Below, piece by piece: positions 25,233-38,469 of a DNA stretch of 64,000 bases. The notes beneath the pieces are model-generated. The model did no database searches. It was not told the DNA's origin and was given only the letters and a program-made list of their open reading frames with translations. Numbering within the stretch: position 1 is the stretch's first letter; every line of letters starts with the position of its first letter. Source of the DNA: Eledone cirrhosa (taxonomy: Eukaryota); assembly GCA_964016885.1 (NCBI GenBank), contig OZ024742.1:79856001-79920000 (forward strand), written 5' to 3'. Both the position numbers and the translations under genes were made by a program.

Positions 25233-25469
25233 AATATCTCTATATATATATATATATATTAATATTTGATGAACATTTACATGTTTTAGTTGCAATTGAC
25301 TAATAAGATCGTTAGAATGAAATATCTTAATTCAACTACATAAAGTTTGCCTGTACGATCTAAAAAATAATAAATCAATACTCACAAACTCATATGGGCA
25401 AAAAGCCTTGGTACCCATTGAGTGTAAACTCTAAGTTATATTATATATATATATATACACACAACTATA

Positions 25470-28256
25470 ACGGTAGATTTAATGACAACCCCTTAGAGAA
25501 CCGGTTCTTCAACCTCAACCCACCTGACAAAACAGACAAGATGAACAAAATGTATTCCATTAAATTACCTTTTAATAAAATACTTTGTATACCACTACAA
25601 TTAGATGACCAAACAGAGGCACAGTTTACCATAGCTAGAAATTAATTTAGACAGGTCGTAGACCAATATACTAAGAGACAAAGCAGACCAGAAATCCGAC
25701 AATTTGAAAAGAAACCTGTAGAAAGCCTACTTGGCTTCAAGCAGCGCAGAAGGGATGGTGGGGTAGTCTGTTTACCCACTGATAAATTTGGTAGGATGTC
25801 AATAGACAGCATCCCGAACTATATCAAGTCTTGGCAAACTCTACATCATCAACACGAGCGAAACAACACAACAAGCACACGAGGACAGGGAGAATATCCT
25901 CAACGTTCACATGCTGATGTGGACCGACATCCTAAAGCCAGGTAGACACACTGCCAACAACTTCCAAGCGTCTAACAATGACATACCACCGTTGTATGGG
26001 CTCCGCAAAGACCATAAGATAACCAACGACAAGACGACACGACCACCAACAAGATTGCTAGTAACTACAAGATCTCCTACTTCCTCTCGATGTTTATACG
26101 CCCATAATTAAGATGTCCCCAGATATATGTGACAGCACAGAGGACCTGCTCAGCAGAATCAATGAATGCAACAAGAACAAAAACTTAACTAACTGCATAA
26201 TAGGCAGTATGTTGTAGTATCACTGTACCGATCCATTAAATTGATTTTACTGTGTAAAAATGTGTGGAAATAATCAGTGCGAGCGAAGTGGTGTTCTGCG
26301 ACACAGATGAACTAGGCCTCCTACTTAGACTTACTTATGACACCAAGTACCTAGCTAACCATGACCCTAGCTGTTTCTGCCACAGTAGAGCCATAAGATG
26401 TAGACCCCCACCATAAACTCAATGGCTAAAACGACTCCCATGGGAAGATGGAATGGGTGGACTAAAGTCTTAAAACTACCATAAGGGCCATATGTTTAAA
26501 TTTAACGAAAAGATCTGAACCTAGCATGAGGGAGCGGCTATTGGCGTCAGCATAGCTGGTGACGTTGTCAATCTATTTATGGTATGGTGGGAGAGGAGAC
26601 TCAGAGATCTCCTTGAACAGAGCTCCATAAACCTCGTCATGTACTCTCGTTACGTAGACGATATTAATATAGTAATAAGAACATCCCCCACAAGAGAGTA
26701 CTAATGAACATGATTTAGAAGATAGCACAATAGAGAGCATCCAGCAGATAGCTAACTCCATACATCAGAGTATAACTGTAACTGTTGACCACCCTTCCAA
26801 ACACCCTAACAATAGATCTCCAGTATTAGACACGGAAATCTGGATTAACAATATAGAGGAGAGGGCCCAAATTCTCCACTCACACCATACTAAACCCATG
26901 ACCCCCAATAACCTGATACTCAAGAACTCACCAATGTCCAATAGAGCTACGTTTAATATTCTGATCGCAGACATGATAAGAGTGATGAAGAATGTGTCCC
27001 GCATGTGCGACCCAACTGAATTGAAAAGACACATCTAACACTTCATCAACCGCATGCAGTTCTCTGGCTACAACCAAAGAGACAGAATCAGAGTATACAA
27101 AGGACGCTCGGAGAAATATAAGACCCTCATGAAAATGGACATGAAAGGAATTTCCCCATTATACAGGAGCAAATAGAATAGCTTAGATAGGACTAAACGT
27201 AAGATAGGGAAAGCCACTTCATGGAACGACAACCAGAGATAGCAGAGTGTCATGTTCGTGGATGCTACTCTTGGAGGGAAATTAGCTAAGTAATGTAGAA
27301 ATGCCCTCAGAAAGACCTACCTAAGGATTAAAGTGGCAGAAAAGCCAGGAACTACCATCAAATCCCTGAACAGCAAGACAAGAAAACCACTGCACGAATA
27401 AGAAATGTGTTATATGTAGAATGAGCCCGAAAATAAATCGGAACACTAGAAATGTAGTCTATAGCATAAGATGCACAGAGAGCACTTGCAGAAACAAGAC
27501 AACGACATACATTGGTGAGACAGCGCGAATCATAGGAGAAAGAATAGACCAAAACTAGGGGGAACTAAAGGGACAAAAAAAAACGGCTCAGTACTATATG
27601 AACACGCCAGACAAAGGTATGACGGTAATATAGACAACATAGAAATTAAAATAATATCCAAGCATAGAAATGACTCAACAGAGAAGCACGTTAGATAGAG
27701 TTAAGAAGAGCAAATTAAAAAGAAAAATATTGAATGGAATAACAACAACAACCATACCCAAACAAGTAATACTGACTTAAGGGAAATATAAATAAATAAA
27801 TAAATTAATAAATACACAGGTAGAATAAGAACAAATACATATAAACAGTCAATAGTAAACAAAGATAGAATATAAAAACAAAAACACATAAGCTCAAACG
27901 CGAACACACACACCAAATATTATACACACACGCAGAGACGGAGACAAGAATAAACAAATAAATAAATAAAATGAACATAGCGTTGACATACAATACAACA
28001 AGAGGAAATATATTAGTACTACTGATGATGTTGCAGATGTGCAACGAAAGAACTTTCATAGACTATATATATATATATATTTATATCTGTGTTTTTAACC
28101 GTTGGTCAATCAATGATAAACGTTCATTACCAAATAAATTAACTATGGAGATATAAAAGATACAGAAGCGAAAACAAACCAAAACAGTGAGTGTGTTCAG
28201 TTATTATTTCTGGCAATATTATTACAACAATATGACCTTCCTCAAGTATAACAATA
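25470..28256 (+). mobile_element. Decayed near-full-length PLE (RT + GIY-YIG), non-Naiad family (possibly Nematis-like)
   Basis: Frame-broken motifs CLPTDKFGRMS, PPLYGLRKDHK, GAAIGVSIAGDVVNLFMVWW, YSRYVDD, DHPSKHPNNRSPVLD, HHTKPM, YIGETAR. 3' HHR and tail TATGACCTTCCTCAAGTATAACAAT. Confidence 0.88.
28018..28062 (+). ncRNA. Hammerhead candidate in PLE 3' pLTR
   Basis: CTGATGA T GTTGCA GATG TGCAAC GAAA GAACTT. Perfect 6-bp stem II with one extra nucleotide after A9. Stem I is poor. Confidence 0.55.
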
Positions 28257-28445
28257 TATATATATTAATATATACATATATATATATATATGTATATATG
28301 TATATATATATGTAGAAGTTATATTTAATTTGTTGGGATACAACAAGCAAATATTTTTATAACTGATATAAAGCACTCAACAAATTTATGGAGTAAAAAT
28401 ACAATCTATTAACAAATGGAAACTATATTTATTAAACCATATTTA

Positions 28446-28506
28446 TTTCATTATACATATTTCAAGGACACCAAAGCAAATTATGATGCGCTTTCATCAG
28501 ATAAGA
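28446..28506 (-). ncRNA. Minimal hammerhead ribozyme
   Basis: Minus strand TCTTAT CTGATGA AAGCGCATCA TAATTTGCTT TGGTGTCCTT GAAA T ATGT A TA ATGAAA. Confidence 0.7.
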
Positions 28507-29002
28507 TATAATATAGATCAGTTTTATAAACAAATATTGACATACCCTTAAAGAATACAACCATGTCGGTTGGAAGCTCCCGGATAGTGGGGTTACTAAT
28601 TTTATTATTGGTCTATTATGCAAATTAGTGTCGGACAGGTTTAAATCCCATATATTTAAAATAAGCCGTCGGAATAAAGAAAAGTAAAAAGAACGATAGA
28701 AAAACAAAAGAAAAGAAAGAGAAAGAGAGAAAACCCTAAGTGACAGAGTGTTGTATTAACGTAATTTTATGAGATGATGAAGAGAAAAGATAAATATATA
28801 TTGGATGAATTACGCGAAGTAAATAAAGCGTAATAGCCGGAGAATTTTATCTAATGTTTAAATTTGATTAAATTATTGAGTTCTATAAATTAAAAATTAA
28901 AAATTGAGATCTATATATTATTAAAAGAATATATAATTAAGAGAATATATATATATATACGATATTAAATAAATGGAAACTATATTTATAAAACCATATT
29001 TA

Positions 29003-29064
29003 TTTCATTATATATATTTCAGGGATATCATATTAAAAATATGTTATGCCTTCTTCAGACAAAA
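29003..29064 (-). ncRNA. Minimal hammerhead ribozyme (left arm of palindrome)
   Basis: Exact reverse complement of 29186-29247. Confidence 0.7.
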
Positions 29065-29185
29065 TACAATATAAACAGTCTTATAAATAGATAGATTCGA
29101 CATACCTTTCAACTTCGACTTCTATTTGAAGTCGAAGTTGAAAGGTATGTCGAATCTATCTATTTATAAGACTGTTTATATTGTA

Positions 29186-29247
29186 TTTTGTCTGAAGAAG
29201 GCATAACATATTTTTAATATGATATCCCTGAAATATATATAATGAAA
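29186..29247 (+). ncRNA. Minimal hammerhead ribozyme (right arm of palindrome)
   Basis: TTTTGT CTGAAGA AGG CATAACATATT TTT AATATGATATC CCT GAAA T ATAT A TA ATGAAA. Confidence 0.7.
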
Positions 29248-29376
29248 TAAATATGGTTTTATAAATATAGTTTCCATTTATTTAATATCGTAAATATACT
29301 CCAAATACTTGTTGAGTGCTTTTATATCAGTTATAAATATTTACTCGTTGTTAACCCAACAATTTAAATAAAACTT

Positions 29377-29553
<177 letters not shown>

Positions 29554-29849
29554 GAAAAGTATAGAAATTGTTGTAGCGAGAAGCCAACAGTATTCCATAA
29601 CATATATGCGACTATAGCGTCAAAATGGGAAAATAGTTAACATAAGATATGGGAAAAATAATTCAGACTCAATTCAAAAGGAATCAGGATATAGATTTAT
29701 CCAACAGAATTTAGAGAAATCCAGGGAAAAATCAATAGAGCCTTAACTCATGATAAAACAAAGTCTAAAGTAGTCAACCTTCAATTTGGGACAACTTCAA
29801 ATGCTCTGTATAGTCTTGAAAACTTTCAGTGGAGATGGTCACGGTTATA

Positions 29850-29936
<87 letters not shown>

Positions 29937-30746
29937 ATACTATCAACATATATGTTATTATTACATAACCTTACATAAATTTATTATTAATCATCAACCA
30001 ACAATTAACTATTACATTCTTCAATTAACAATAACAATAAACCTTATAAGAAATAGCAAAATATATGTTTCAAATATAGGAATGTTCAGAGATTTTAACC
30101 GAAGAAAAATCTCTTCTTAGTAATAGCAATACAGTGTGATGGAAAATTTATTGATTTATTTGTAATTTAGATACTATAAAAGTTAGGATGATAAAAAAAG
30201 TTAAGATTATAAGAGAACCTTATATTATTTTATAGTAAGTTATAATTTTATAAATTTTATAAATTTTATATATTTTATAAATTCACCTGTTATACAGTTG
30301 TGACTGTTAAAATATAAGTTTGTTTACTTTTAATAATATATAGATCAACATTTTTAATTTTTAATATATAGATGTCAATAATTTAATCAAATTTAAACAT
30401 TAGATAAAATTCTCCGGCTATTACGCTTTATTTACTTCGCGCAATTCATCCAATATATATTTATCTTTTCGCTTCATCATCTCATAAAATTACGTTAATA
30501 CAACACTCTGTCACTTAGGGTTTTCTCTCTTTCTCTTTCTTTTCTTTTATTTTTCTATCGTTCTTTTTACTTTTCTTTACTCCAACGGCTTTTTTTAAAT
30601 GTATGGGATTTAAACCTTTCCGACACTGATTCGCATAATAGACCAATAATAAAATTAGTAACCCCACTATCCGGGAGCTTCCAACCGACATGGTTGCATT
30701 CTTTAAGGGTAGGTCATATTTGTTTATAAAATTGATCTATATTATA

Positions 30747-30807
30747 TTTTATCTGATGAAAGCGCACCATAATTTGCTTTGGTGTCCTTGAAATATGTTT
30801 AATGAAA
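30747..30807 (+). ncRNA. Minimal hammerhead ribozyme
   Basis: TTTTAT CTGATGA AAGCGCACCA TAATTTGCTT TGGTGTCCTT GAAA T ATGT T TA ATGAAA. One stem III mismatch. Confidence 0.6.
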
Positions 30808-30847
30808 TAAATATGGTTTAATAAATATAGTTTCCATTTGTTAATAT

Positions 30848-30898
<51 letters not shown>

Positions 30899-30916
30899 AA
30901 ATTAATATATATATTG

Positions 30917-30958
<42 letters not shown>

Positions 30959-30970
30959 GCATATACACAT

Positions 30971-31004
<34 letters not shown>

Positions 31005-31064
31005 TTATATATATACATATATATTCAAACTGATGATATCAACGTCTTATCGCTATTATTACAT

Positions 31065-31249
31065 GAATTGGCAGTATCGGTAGAGGGTCAGACGCCATGC
31101 TTTCCAGCATAGTTACGTCCCTTTACGATCTAAGTTCAAATCCCGCTGAGGTTGACATTGCCTTTCATCCTTACGGGGTCGATAACATAAAGTACCAGTA
31201 ATGCACTGGTTAATTGTTGGCCTTGTGCCTAAAGTAGAAACAATTATTA
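31065..31249 (+). mobile_element. tRNA-derived SINE (central block resembles the MetaSINE Meta domain)
   Basis: A-box-like TGGCAGTATCGG, B-box GTTCAAATCC, GCCTTTCATCCTTACGGGGTCGATAACATAAAGTACCAG, ATTATTA tail. TSD ATTATTACAT. Confidence 0.85.
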
Positions 31250-32240
31250 CATATTACATTTAAGTGATGAAATTGTCGCTGTAGTTATGGTAATTGCTGT
31301 TGTTTTGTTATTAATCGTTGTTACAATTGTAGTGATTGATCTGCTTGCGGTTGAGATTTTCATTATACTCTTCATTATGGATGGGTTTGCGGTGACAGCT
31401 CTTTTAATTTTCAGTTTTCTATTCCTGCACCATGTTTTACATCCAGGTAATGCTGATAGATTGTTGTTGTTAATGACCTTTTTGATGATGATGATGACGA
31501 ACATGTTCCCGGTGTCATTCGTGATGATACTATGAGAATACTCTTTACAATGATGGGACTGGTGATGAAGAAGGTGATGGCGTTAAACATAAAGCTTCTT
31601 CTGCTGAAAGTTGTGTAGGAGGTTGATAAGGCACAGCCAGGGTTGACAGTCGATATGGTGTTCAGGATAATGATTGTAGCTGGTTAAAACGATAACGGAG
31701 ATTCTAGTAGACGAAATTGTGTCCTGAATAAAGGTTAGCTCAGAGATTAGGACAAACCCCAGTTGCAACGAGAAACCCTATGTCTATATGGTGCTAAGAA
31801 TTCAGAATCCCAGCCAGCACTGGTAGCAGAGCTAGAATGACATCTGAGAATATCGCAAAAGTGACATATGTACATCATGGACTGTAGTAACAAACGTTTG
31901 GCAACATGAATGTAACTTTCTAAGACTCATTTATTATTCCCTGATGACCAGATTAAAAAAATAATCAGTAATCATGTAATCCGCATATTTTACTTTGGTC
32001 TTTCCGCGTCTTAGACGAATGCTGTAACATGTGCTCGGGGTTTTTTGTTCTCGGTGAATTTATTTCGGATCCTGACAGCAACCACACTAAATTTATGTGT
32101 TTCCGTGTCATGATTATGAATATCGCAACCCAAATTCCCCGACTTTGAAATTAGTAACACTTTTACTAGATACACTTTCCCCCAAGCTGATAACATTTGT
32201 CTAATTGGATCAAAGTTAACGGTAAGTGAACACGCACACA

Positions 32241-32366
<126 letters not shown>

Positions 32367-33002
32367 TTAAACCAATGTAGGTAAAATATTCTTAGGCCTT
32401 ATTGAATAGCACTTCCTCATTGACTATAAATATGGACCAATATTTAACCTAGAAACAGTGGAAATCGGCTAATCCTGCGCTAAATACATGAAAGCCCGTA
32501 TCACCAAAAGACCCGCAACAGGATGCTCTTATAGAAAGCCGGATCAACAATGCAATATACCCGTGGGGATGTAAGAAGTTGACGTAAACTCCATCCATCC
32601 GAACCAACAGCAGTATTTCAGAACATATGATGGTATGTTGCAATGTTGTTTCAAATGCCAGTTCCTCAACCACGAAACGACTTCCAGGCACCCGGATAAA
32701 AGAACAGCCACAAATATGCCTAGTCACGTCTGTTTGCTCAAAGGTGCCCGTATGACATTCTCCATTAAATGCAATTTCCTAGGAAGATAAAGTCATTACC
32801 TCAACCTTAAGAATTATCCTCCCTTGTGAAAATGCTAAAGGAACCTCTCCAAATTCTCAGCACATCAATAAGGTCTCTATAGAAGAACTTTAAACCTCAC
32901 GTCTATAAAGAAAATGGCAAACTGATAAACTGAGGAGATTAATAACTCCCTCAAAGAAAAGCGCATATAGACATAAGTAAATGTGAATTGTGTGCATGTG
33001 TG

Positions 33003-33046
<44 letters not shown>

Positions 33047-33049
<3 letters not shown>

Positions 33050-35350
33050 CGAAGGAAATGTGGTAAGGAACCAGGTGGACCATAACGCACCAAAGTACTC
33101 AATACTTGAGGTAGTAGAGTGGGTAATAGGAACCAGTAAGACCCCGACAGCTGAGCTCAAGCCGTTTCGACGGCTAATTCTGGACTAAATGAAAATTTAT
33201 CCTGGTATTTAAATAGCCGATCTTCTCAAGGGGTAATTCCATATATGGTCAAAGTGATTGTCAAAAATCAGTAGTAATTCTGTGGTTGCAAATTAGTAGG
33301 GGAGATGGTGGCTAAACCTGCCAGTAGGAGAAAGAGGGGAGGGGGTGGAGTAGACCCAATCAAGCGTTGGTAGTGCCAGCTACAGCTGGGCATGAGGTCA
33401 AAGAAGATACAGGGGAGGGGGAGGGGGAGGAAGTCGGAACGGTAGGTAGAACAATGGGGGGTAGAAATAGGAAAGAAAAAAATACTGAGAGTGAAGAAAG
33501 GCAAATAAGTGTAAAGAAAAGTAAAGTAAATTAAATTCTACGACCTAGGTGTCAGGCTATTGTTAGGCGAGAATAAAATAAAGAAAGAAAGAAAGAAGTA
33601 AAAAAATAAATAAATGAATAAATAAGGAAATAAGTAAGAGAACTAGGTGGGACGGATAAGGCAAGGACCCTTTTAAGAGGTATAAGTACGTAAATGATAC
33701 GGTGACGGGTCAACAAAAGGGGCCAAAATACTAAAGAGACTACCACGAAATAAACAATAAAGGTTTCCATCCCGGGCCAGCAACGACCCAGTGCAGCAAA
33801 GTGAACTTGTACGAGATAATAATTCTGAGTCCCGAGAAAAATATATACTAATGCTAACTCTAAAAGATCTAAAACAAGCTACATGAAAGTTCGTACGAAA
33901 TAAAGGTAGAATACGGAGAAATAAATTCAGAATCCACCCCGCCCAGAAGAAAAGCGAAGCAAGAAATACTGAAACGAAGAAATAAGGCATGTGCCACTAA
34001 GAAATATAGAGGGCACAGAGAATAGTGGGAGCGGTCGGAAAAAGGGGGAAAGTATCCGGGGTCTAAGCCAACTGCTATAAAGGGCGGAGTCCGCCAAATC
34101 TATCAAAGACTAGGGGAGGGGGGGTGGGGGTACTAAGGCTACATGGGGCCAAAGGGCAGCCTCGGGTGGGCGAGAAAAGACGCCGACAAAGGAGAAGAGC
34201 TGGGGTAGAAGGACAAAGGGGAGAGGGGGGAAGGAAATAAAGGAAGCGATAAAAGAATACAAAGAAGATCTTACGTCTTCCTTGGCAAGCAGGGGTTACC
34301 TATTGCAAAATCAGCAACTGGGGTGTTATAGCCCTAGTCTACCCCCCCGGGTCATTATGGGGTTTGAGGGCGAGGTAAGTCCTACGCAATCTATGTTTAC
34401 ATGCAGTAACCAGTTCATCTTTCTTGTTTAGGAGTTGGTCCGTCGAAAACAGCATTTGTAAAGTTTCCTCCGAGCATAAATTGCACGGACGGCGTCCTCC
34501 CGTGTAAGAATTGGCTCTGGACAGTAATCTCCAAGTGAGATCATAGGTGATGTTGTTGTCCTTGAGGTCCCATATGTGGCCCGAAAGTGTAGTGGCGTGA
34601 CGCCGGGCCGGGTTTCGGAAGGTATGTCTATGTTGGTATAGCCGGGTCTTGAAGTCACATGCGGTAAGTCCTATATAGGCTTTGTTGGAGGTATCCGTCC
34701 TCACGTTGCACTGGTAGATCACATTACGGTCTCTGCATCTATTGTCGAGTGGGCAAATAGATCTATCCGGGCAGTTACACCTCCTGGTCGGTTCTCCACT
34801 GCTAATTAGGTTATTTCTGCCATCGGGGTTGAGTTTTTTGTTGTTAGAGGAGACGATGTTTTGTGCGAAGTTTGGTGTAGTGCTGTAAGAGAGTTTGATG
34901 GTATTTTTGTTAATTATGTTGTGGTAGCGGTGTTGTAATGGGAAGTGTTTTTCAATGAGCCTAAAGAATAGTTTCCCGATGGGAGTAGTCACCTCTGCGT
35001 TGTGGGGAGGATTGAACCATGTTACATTGCGTGAGCGGCGGTGTCTCCTGCTGGTTCCGCTAATGGGAGCTGGACAGTAGGATATTTCCTCCCGGAAACC
35101 ACTCCGCTTGAGGGCCTGGTTGTAATAAGGCGCATGTTCATCGAATATCCGCTCATTAGCTGACAAACGGGATATGCGGAGGGAGATGTTTTTGACCAGG
35201 TTGTTTGTGATGTTCCTAGGATGGTTTGATCGGCGGTGGATGTAGTGCAGATGAACATGCGCCTTATTACAACCAGGCCCTCAAGCGGAGTGGTTTCCGG
35301 GAGGAAATATCCTACTGTCCAGCTCCCATTAGCGGAACCAGCAGGAGACA
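33047..35350 (-). mobile_element. 5'-truncated Naiad-type PLE, third family, with 5' fold-back
   Basis: Open frame from about 35249 to 34339, then about 1.3 kb of 3' region ending in (TA)n. 35250-35350 is the reverse complement of 35042-35142. Confidence 0.9.
34339..35249 (-). pseudogene. RT thumb + GIY-YIG endonuclease fragment (Naiad-type)
   Basis: HYIHRRSNHP..RISRLS, WFNPPHN, KLSYSTTPN, CNCPDRSICPLDNRC, VIYQC..YIGLT..FKTRLYQH, CNLC, ELVTACKH. No stops, but the RT core is absent. Confidence 0.9.
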
Positions 35351-35363
35351 TATAAACACATAT

Positions 35364-35523
35364 GAAGGCGTGTGGCTGAGTGGTTAGAGAATTGGATTCG
35401 CAATCGTAAGGTTGTGAGTGCGATTCCTGGACCAGGCGATGCGTTACGTATAGTATTAGCAATTGGAAAGACCAACGGAAACATTGTTCCCTCGGTCCGA
35501 TTTGACGAAAGTCGATCGTGCCT
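35364..35523 (+). mobile_element. Second tRNA-derived SINE family (internally deleted)
   Basis: A-box TGGCTGAGTGG and B-box-like GTGCGATTCC spaced as in a tRNA, followed by non-tRNA sequence. Confidence 0.65.
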
Positions 35524-35576
35524 CTATATATATATGGGAGGAGGTGATAGTTCACTTGAAGCATTGTGTAATGAGG

Positions 35577-36819
35577 TATAAACGTTTGAATATGTATAAT
35601 AAAGCCAAAGCAATGCAGGTATGGACATAGAAAAAAGAATGCAATTGCAAAATATATTGTTGTGTCGTTGATGGGGCAGTTGGCTAGTCTGCAGCAGTTG
35701 TCATGTCTGGTGGAGTGTCTTTTGGTTAGCTGTCCGCGTAGAGAAGGACCTGAGTGGGCCAGTTGGATATCTAGTCCCTCTCGTCTGATGGCTCTGCGGA
35801 TGGTGGTTGTTGTTTCTTCACTGAAGTGTGGGAGCTTCAGGAAGCAAGTGTTACTGCCTCAGGTGTGGTGTCCTCTGTTCTTTCTGGCCCACTCAGGTCC
35901 TTCTCTACGCGAACAGCTAACCAAAAGACACCCCACCAGACATGACAACTGCTGCAGACTAGCCAACTGCCCCATCAACGACACAGACCTATTCCACCAG
36001 GCTTACGTCGTATACAGACTAGAGTGTGACAAATGTAACAACTTCTACGTAGGTAGCACCACCAGACCACTCCACATAAGAATAAAAGAACACCTCAATA
36101 CTAACGCTTCCTCATTTAAGAAACACCTAGTTAAATGCAAAAACACCGACAAAACCATAACAGTTAGGATAGAAACTAAGGAAAGAAACCTCGGGAATCT
36201 TAGAATTAAGGAAGCAATAATTATAGATAAAACACAACCACCAATCAATAATAGACTAGAACTCAACACCCAATTTATAACCTGATAGGGCTTCTAGCCC
36301 CATATTTACACCCCCCCCCCCCCACACACACGCTTACACCTCCACTTATTCTGTCTCACACATACACACACAAAACCAGTTCTAACACCAGATAACACCT
36401 ATCCCCCACATTGACGAATAGACTTATCTTCTCACACTCACACACACACACTCACATACTTACACCTTCATGCATTCTCCCACACACTTAAACAGGCATG
36501 TATATATTAAAAAAAGCAACTCCTAAACACAACCCCTTTTAAAGGGGGACTACTCTTTATCCACCTAATTTTAACTCTTTGACATTAGAGATAGAACAGA
36601 TACTCTATACTATTTCCTGTCAGCATGGCTTGGCAAGATATTTAGAACTCTGGTTTGAGACCTTTATTTCCCTCTGAAGAAGAGATATTATCTCGAAAAT
36701 TAAGGACATTTAAATAAATCTAAGGTAAAAGACGAATTGTCAACAATATCCTTTGCAATTGCATTCTTTTTTCTATGTCCATACCTGCATTGTTTTGGCT
36801 TTATTATACATATTCAAAC

Positions 36820-36826
<7 letters not shown>
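35577..36826 (+). mobile_element. 5'-truncated Penelope/Poseidon-like PLE with inverted tail and internal fold-back
   Basis: 35884-36285 encodes CCRLANCPI..VVYRLECDKCNNFYVGSTTRPLHIRIKEH..LRIKEAIII..QPPINNRLE. 35577-35662 pairs with 36741-36826. 35661-35762 pairs with 35884-35985. Confidence 0.88.
36671..36705 (+). ncRNA. Ultra-minimal hammerhead ribozyme in 3' pLTR
   Basis: CCT CTGAAGA A GAGAT ATT ATCTC GAAA AT TA AGG. Stem I CCT/AGG, palindromic AATT stem III, extra A after A9. Confidence 0.6.
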
Positions 36827-37151
<325 letters not shown>

Positions 37152-37505
37152 GTGTGGGGTGACACACGGACATACACACTCACTCGTTAGATACAATTAT
37201 ACATACATAGAGAATTTATTTATGATTTCCTTTATTCCTGACATTATGCACAAATATATGGAAGCATGCAAACATAATATATAATACCTGTTTGTAAGTT
37301 ATAGCTATCTCATCAGGTCATTCGTTTCTTCATTCTGCAATAACATAAACCCACGCTCAAGCAAACAATATATATAATATTATATATATTATATATATAT
37401 ACATATATACATATATGTATATATATATTTATATATATATATATATATACAATATCTGCTTAAATTCTATGTAGCTGTAGCCATATGTTGTACGCGTGTA
37501 GTATA

Positions 37506-37584
<79 letters not shown>

Positions 37585-37902
37585 AATATCTGTGTGTGTG
37601 TGTCTCTGTCTCTGTTCACGCGTGTGTGTTGTACGCGCCTGTTATATGTCCTCTGTGTATGTATAAAGATTAAGTAATCTTAAACTTAATAAGATATATG
37701 ATAGTTGATAACGACGACTTTAAAATAAGAGAAATGTAATCTTAAATAGATGTTGGATAGAAGAATGTACACGATAGCTCATATTCATACACTTTCTCTT
37801 TCTATCTATCCTTTCCTCACCTCTATACCCTTCTTCATATTTATCTCTCTTTCCCTGAAACTTATATAATCCCTCCTGCTTTGTATAAACATACATATAT
37901 TA

Positions 37903-37977
<75 letters not shown>

Positions 37978-38469
37978 CATATATGGATCTCGAATCTATG
38001 TTTGTTTTAAGTAAACTGTTTCAACGGAAATATTATCCTATGATAATGTTCGTTATATTTGTATATATAAGTGAAAAAAGCAGAGAGTGTCGCCTGTGGG
38101 ACTCACACTTATCATATACCGTATGCCTGAAAACTGACCATTTTTTCCTGCCATTTGAAGTCTTAACTATTAATTTATACCAATTGGTCAATACTAACAC
38201 ATAGGTAACAAACAGCGTCCGACAACGTAGCACTCTACATAGAATGTTTAGATATGGTAAAAGTAAAGACAGAAAAAAATCCAGTAGTTACAGGTTTCTC
38301 AAAATTTAAGTACTTCTCCCGTGTAATATATTCAGAATTAAGAACGGAGAAAATTAATTTAAATTTGTCTCGAAAATAAAGAAATCACTTTCTATGCCTT
38401 CTTAAAGTGAATTTAGCGAGGCACTAACTGACGTCTGCACTAAGATTTTTAGCATCGCATTATGATCAT

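Noticed and set aside
32450-32960. Possible very old RT relic (EVDVNSIHP, FKPHVYK); similar weak KAF.KVW-like trace at 43160-43290
   Set aside because: The similarity is too faint to call by eye.
35364-35440. tRNA gene
   Set aside because: A and B boxes are present, but there is no complete cloverleaf or terminator and it continues into SINE body. The same applies to the 31065-family heads.
35662-36285. 207-aa ORF as a novel fusion protein
   Set aside because: The first 74 codons are the antisense of the inverted segment. Only 35884 onward is genuine GIY-YIG sequence.
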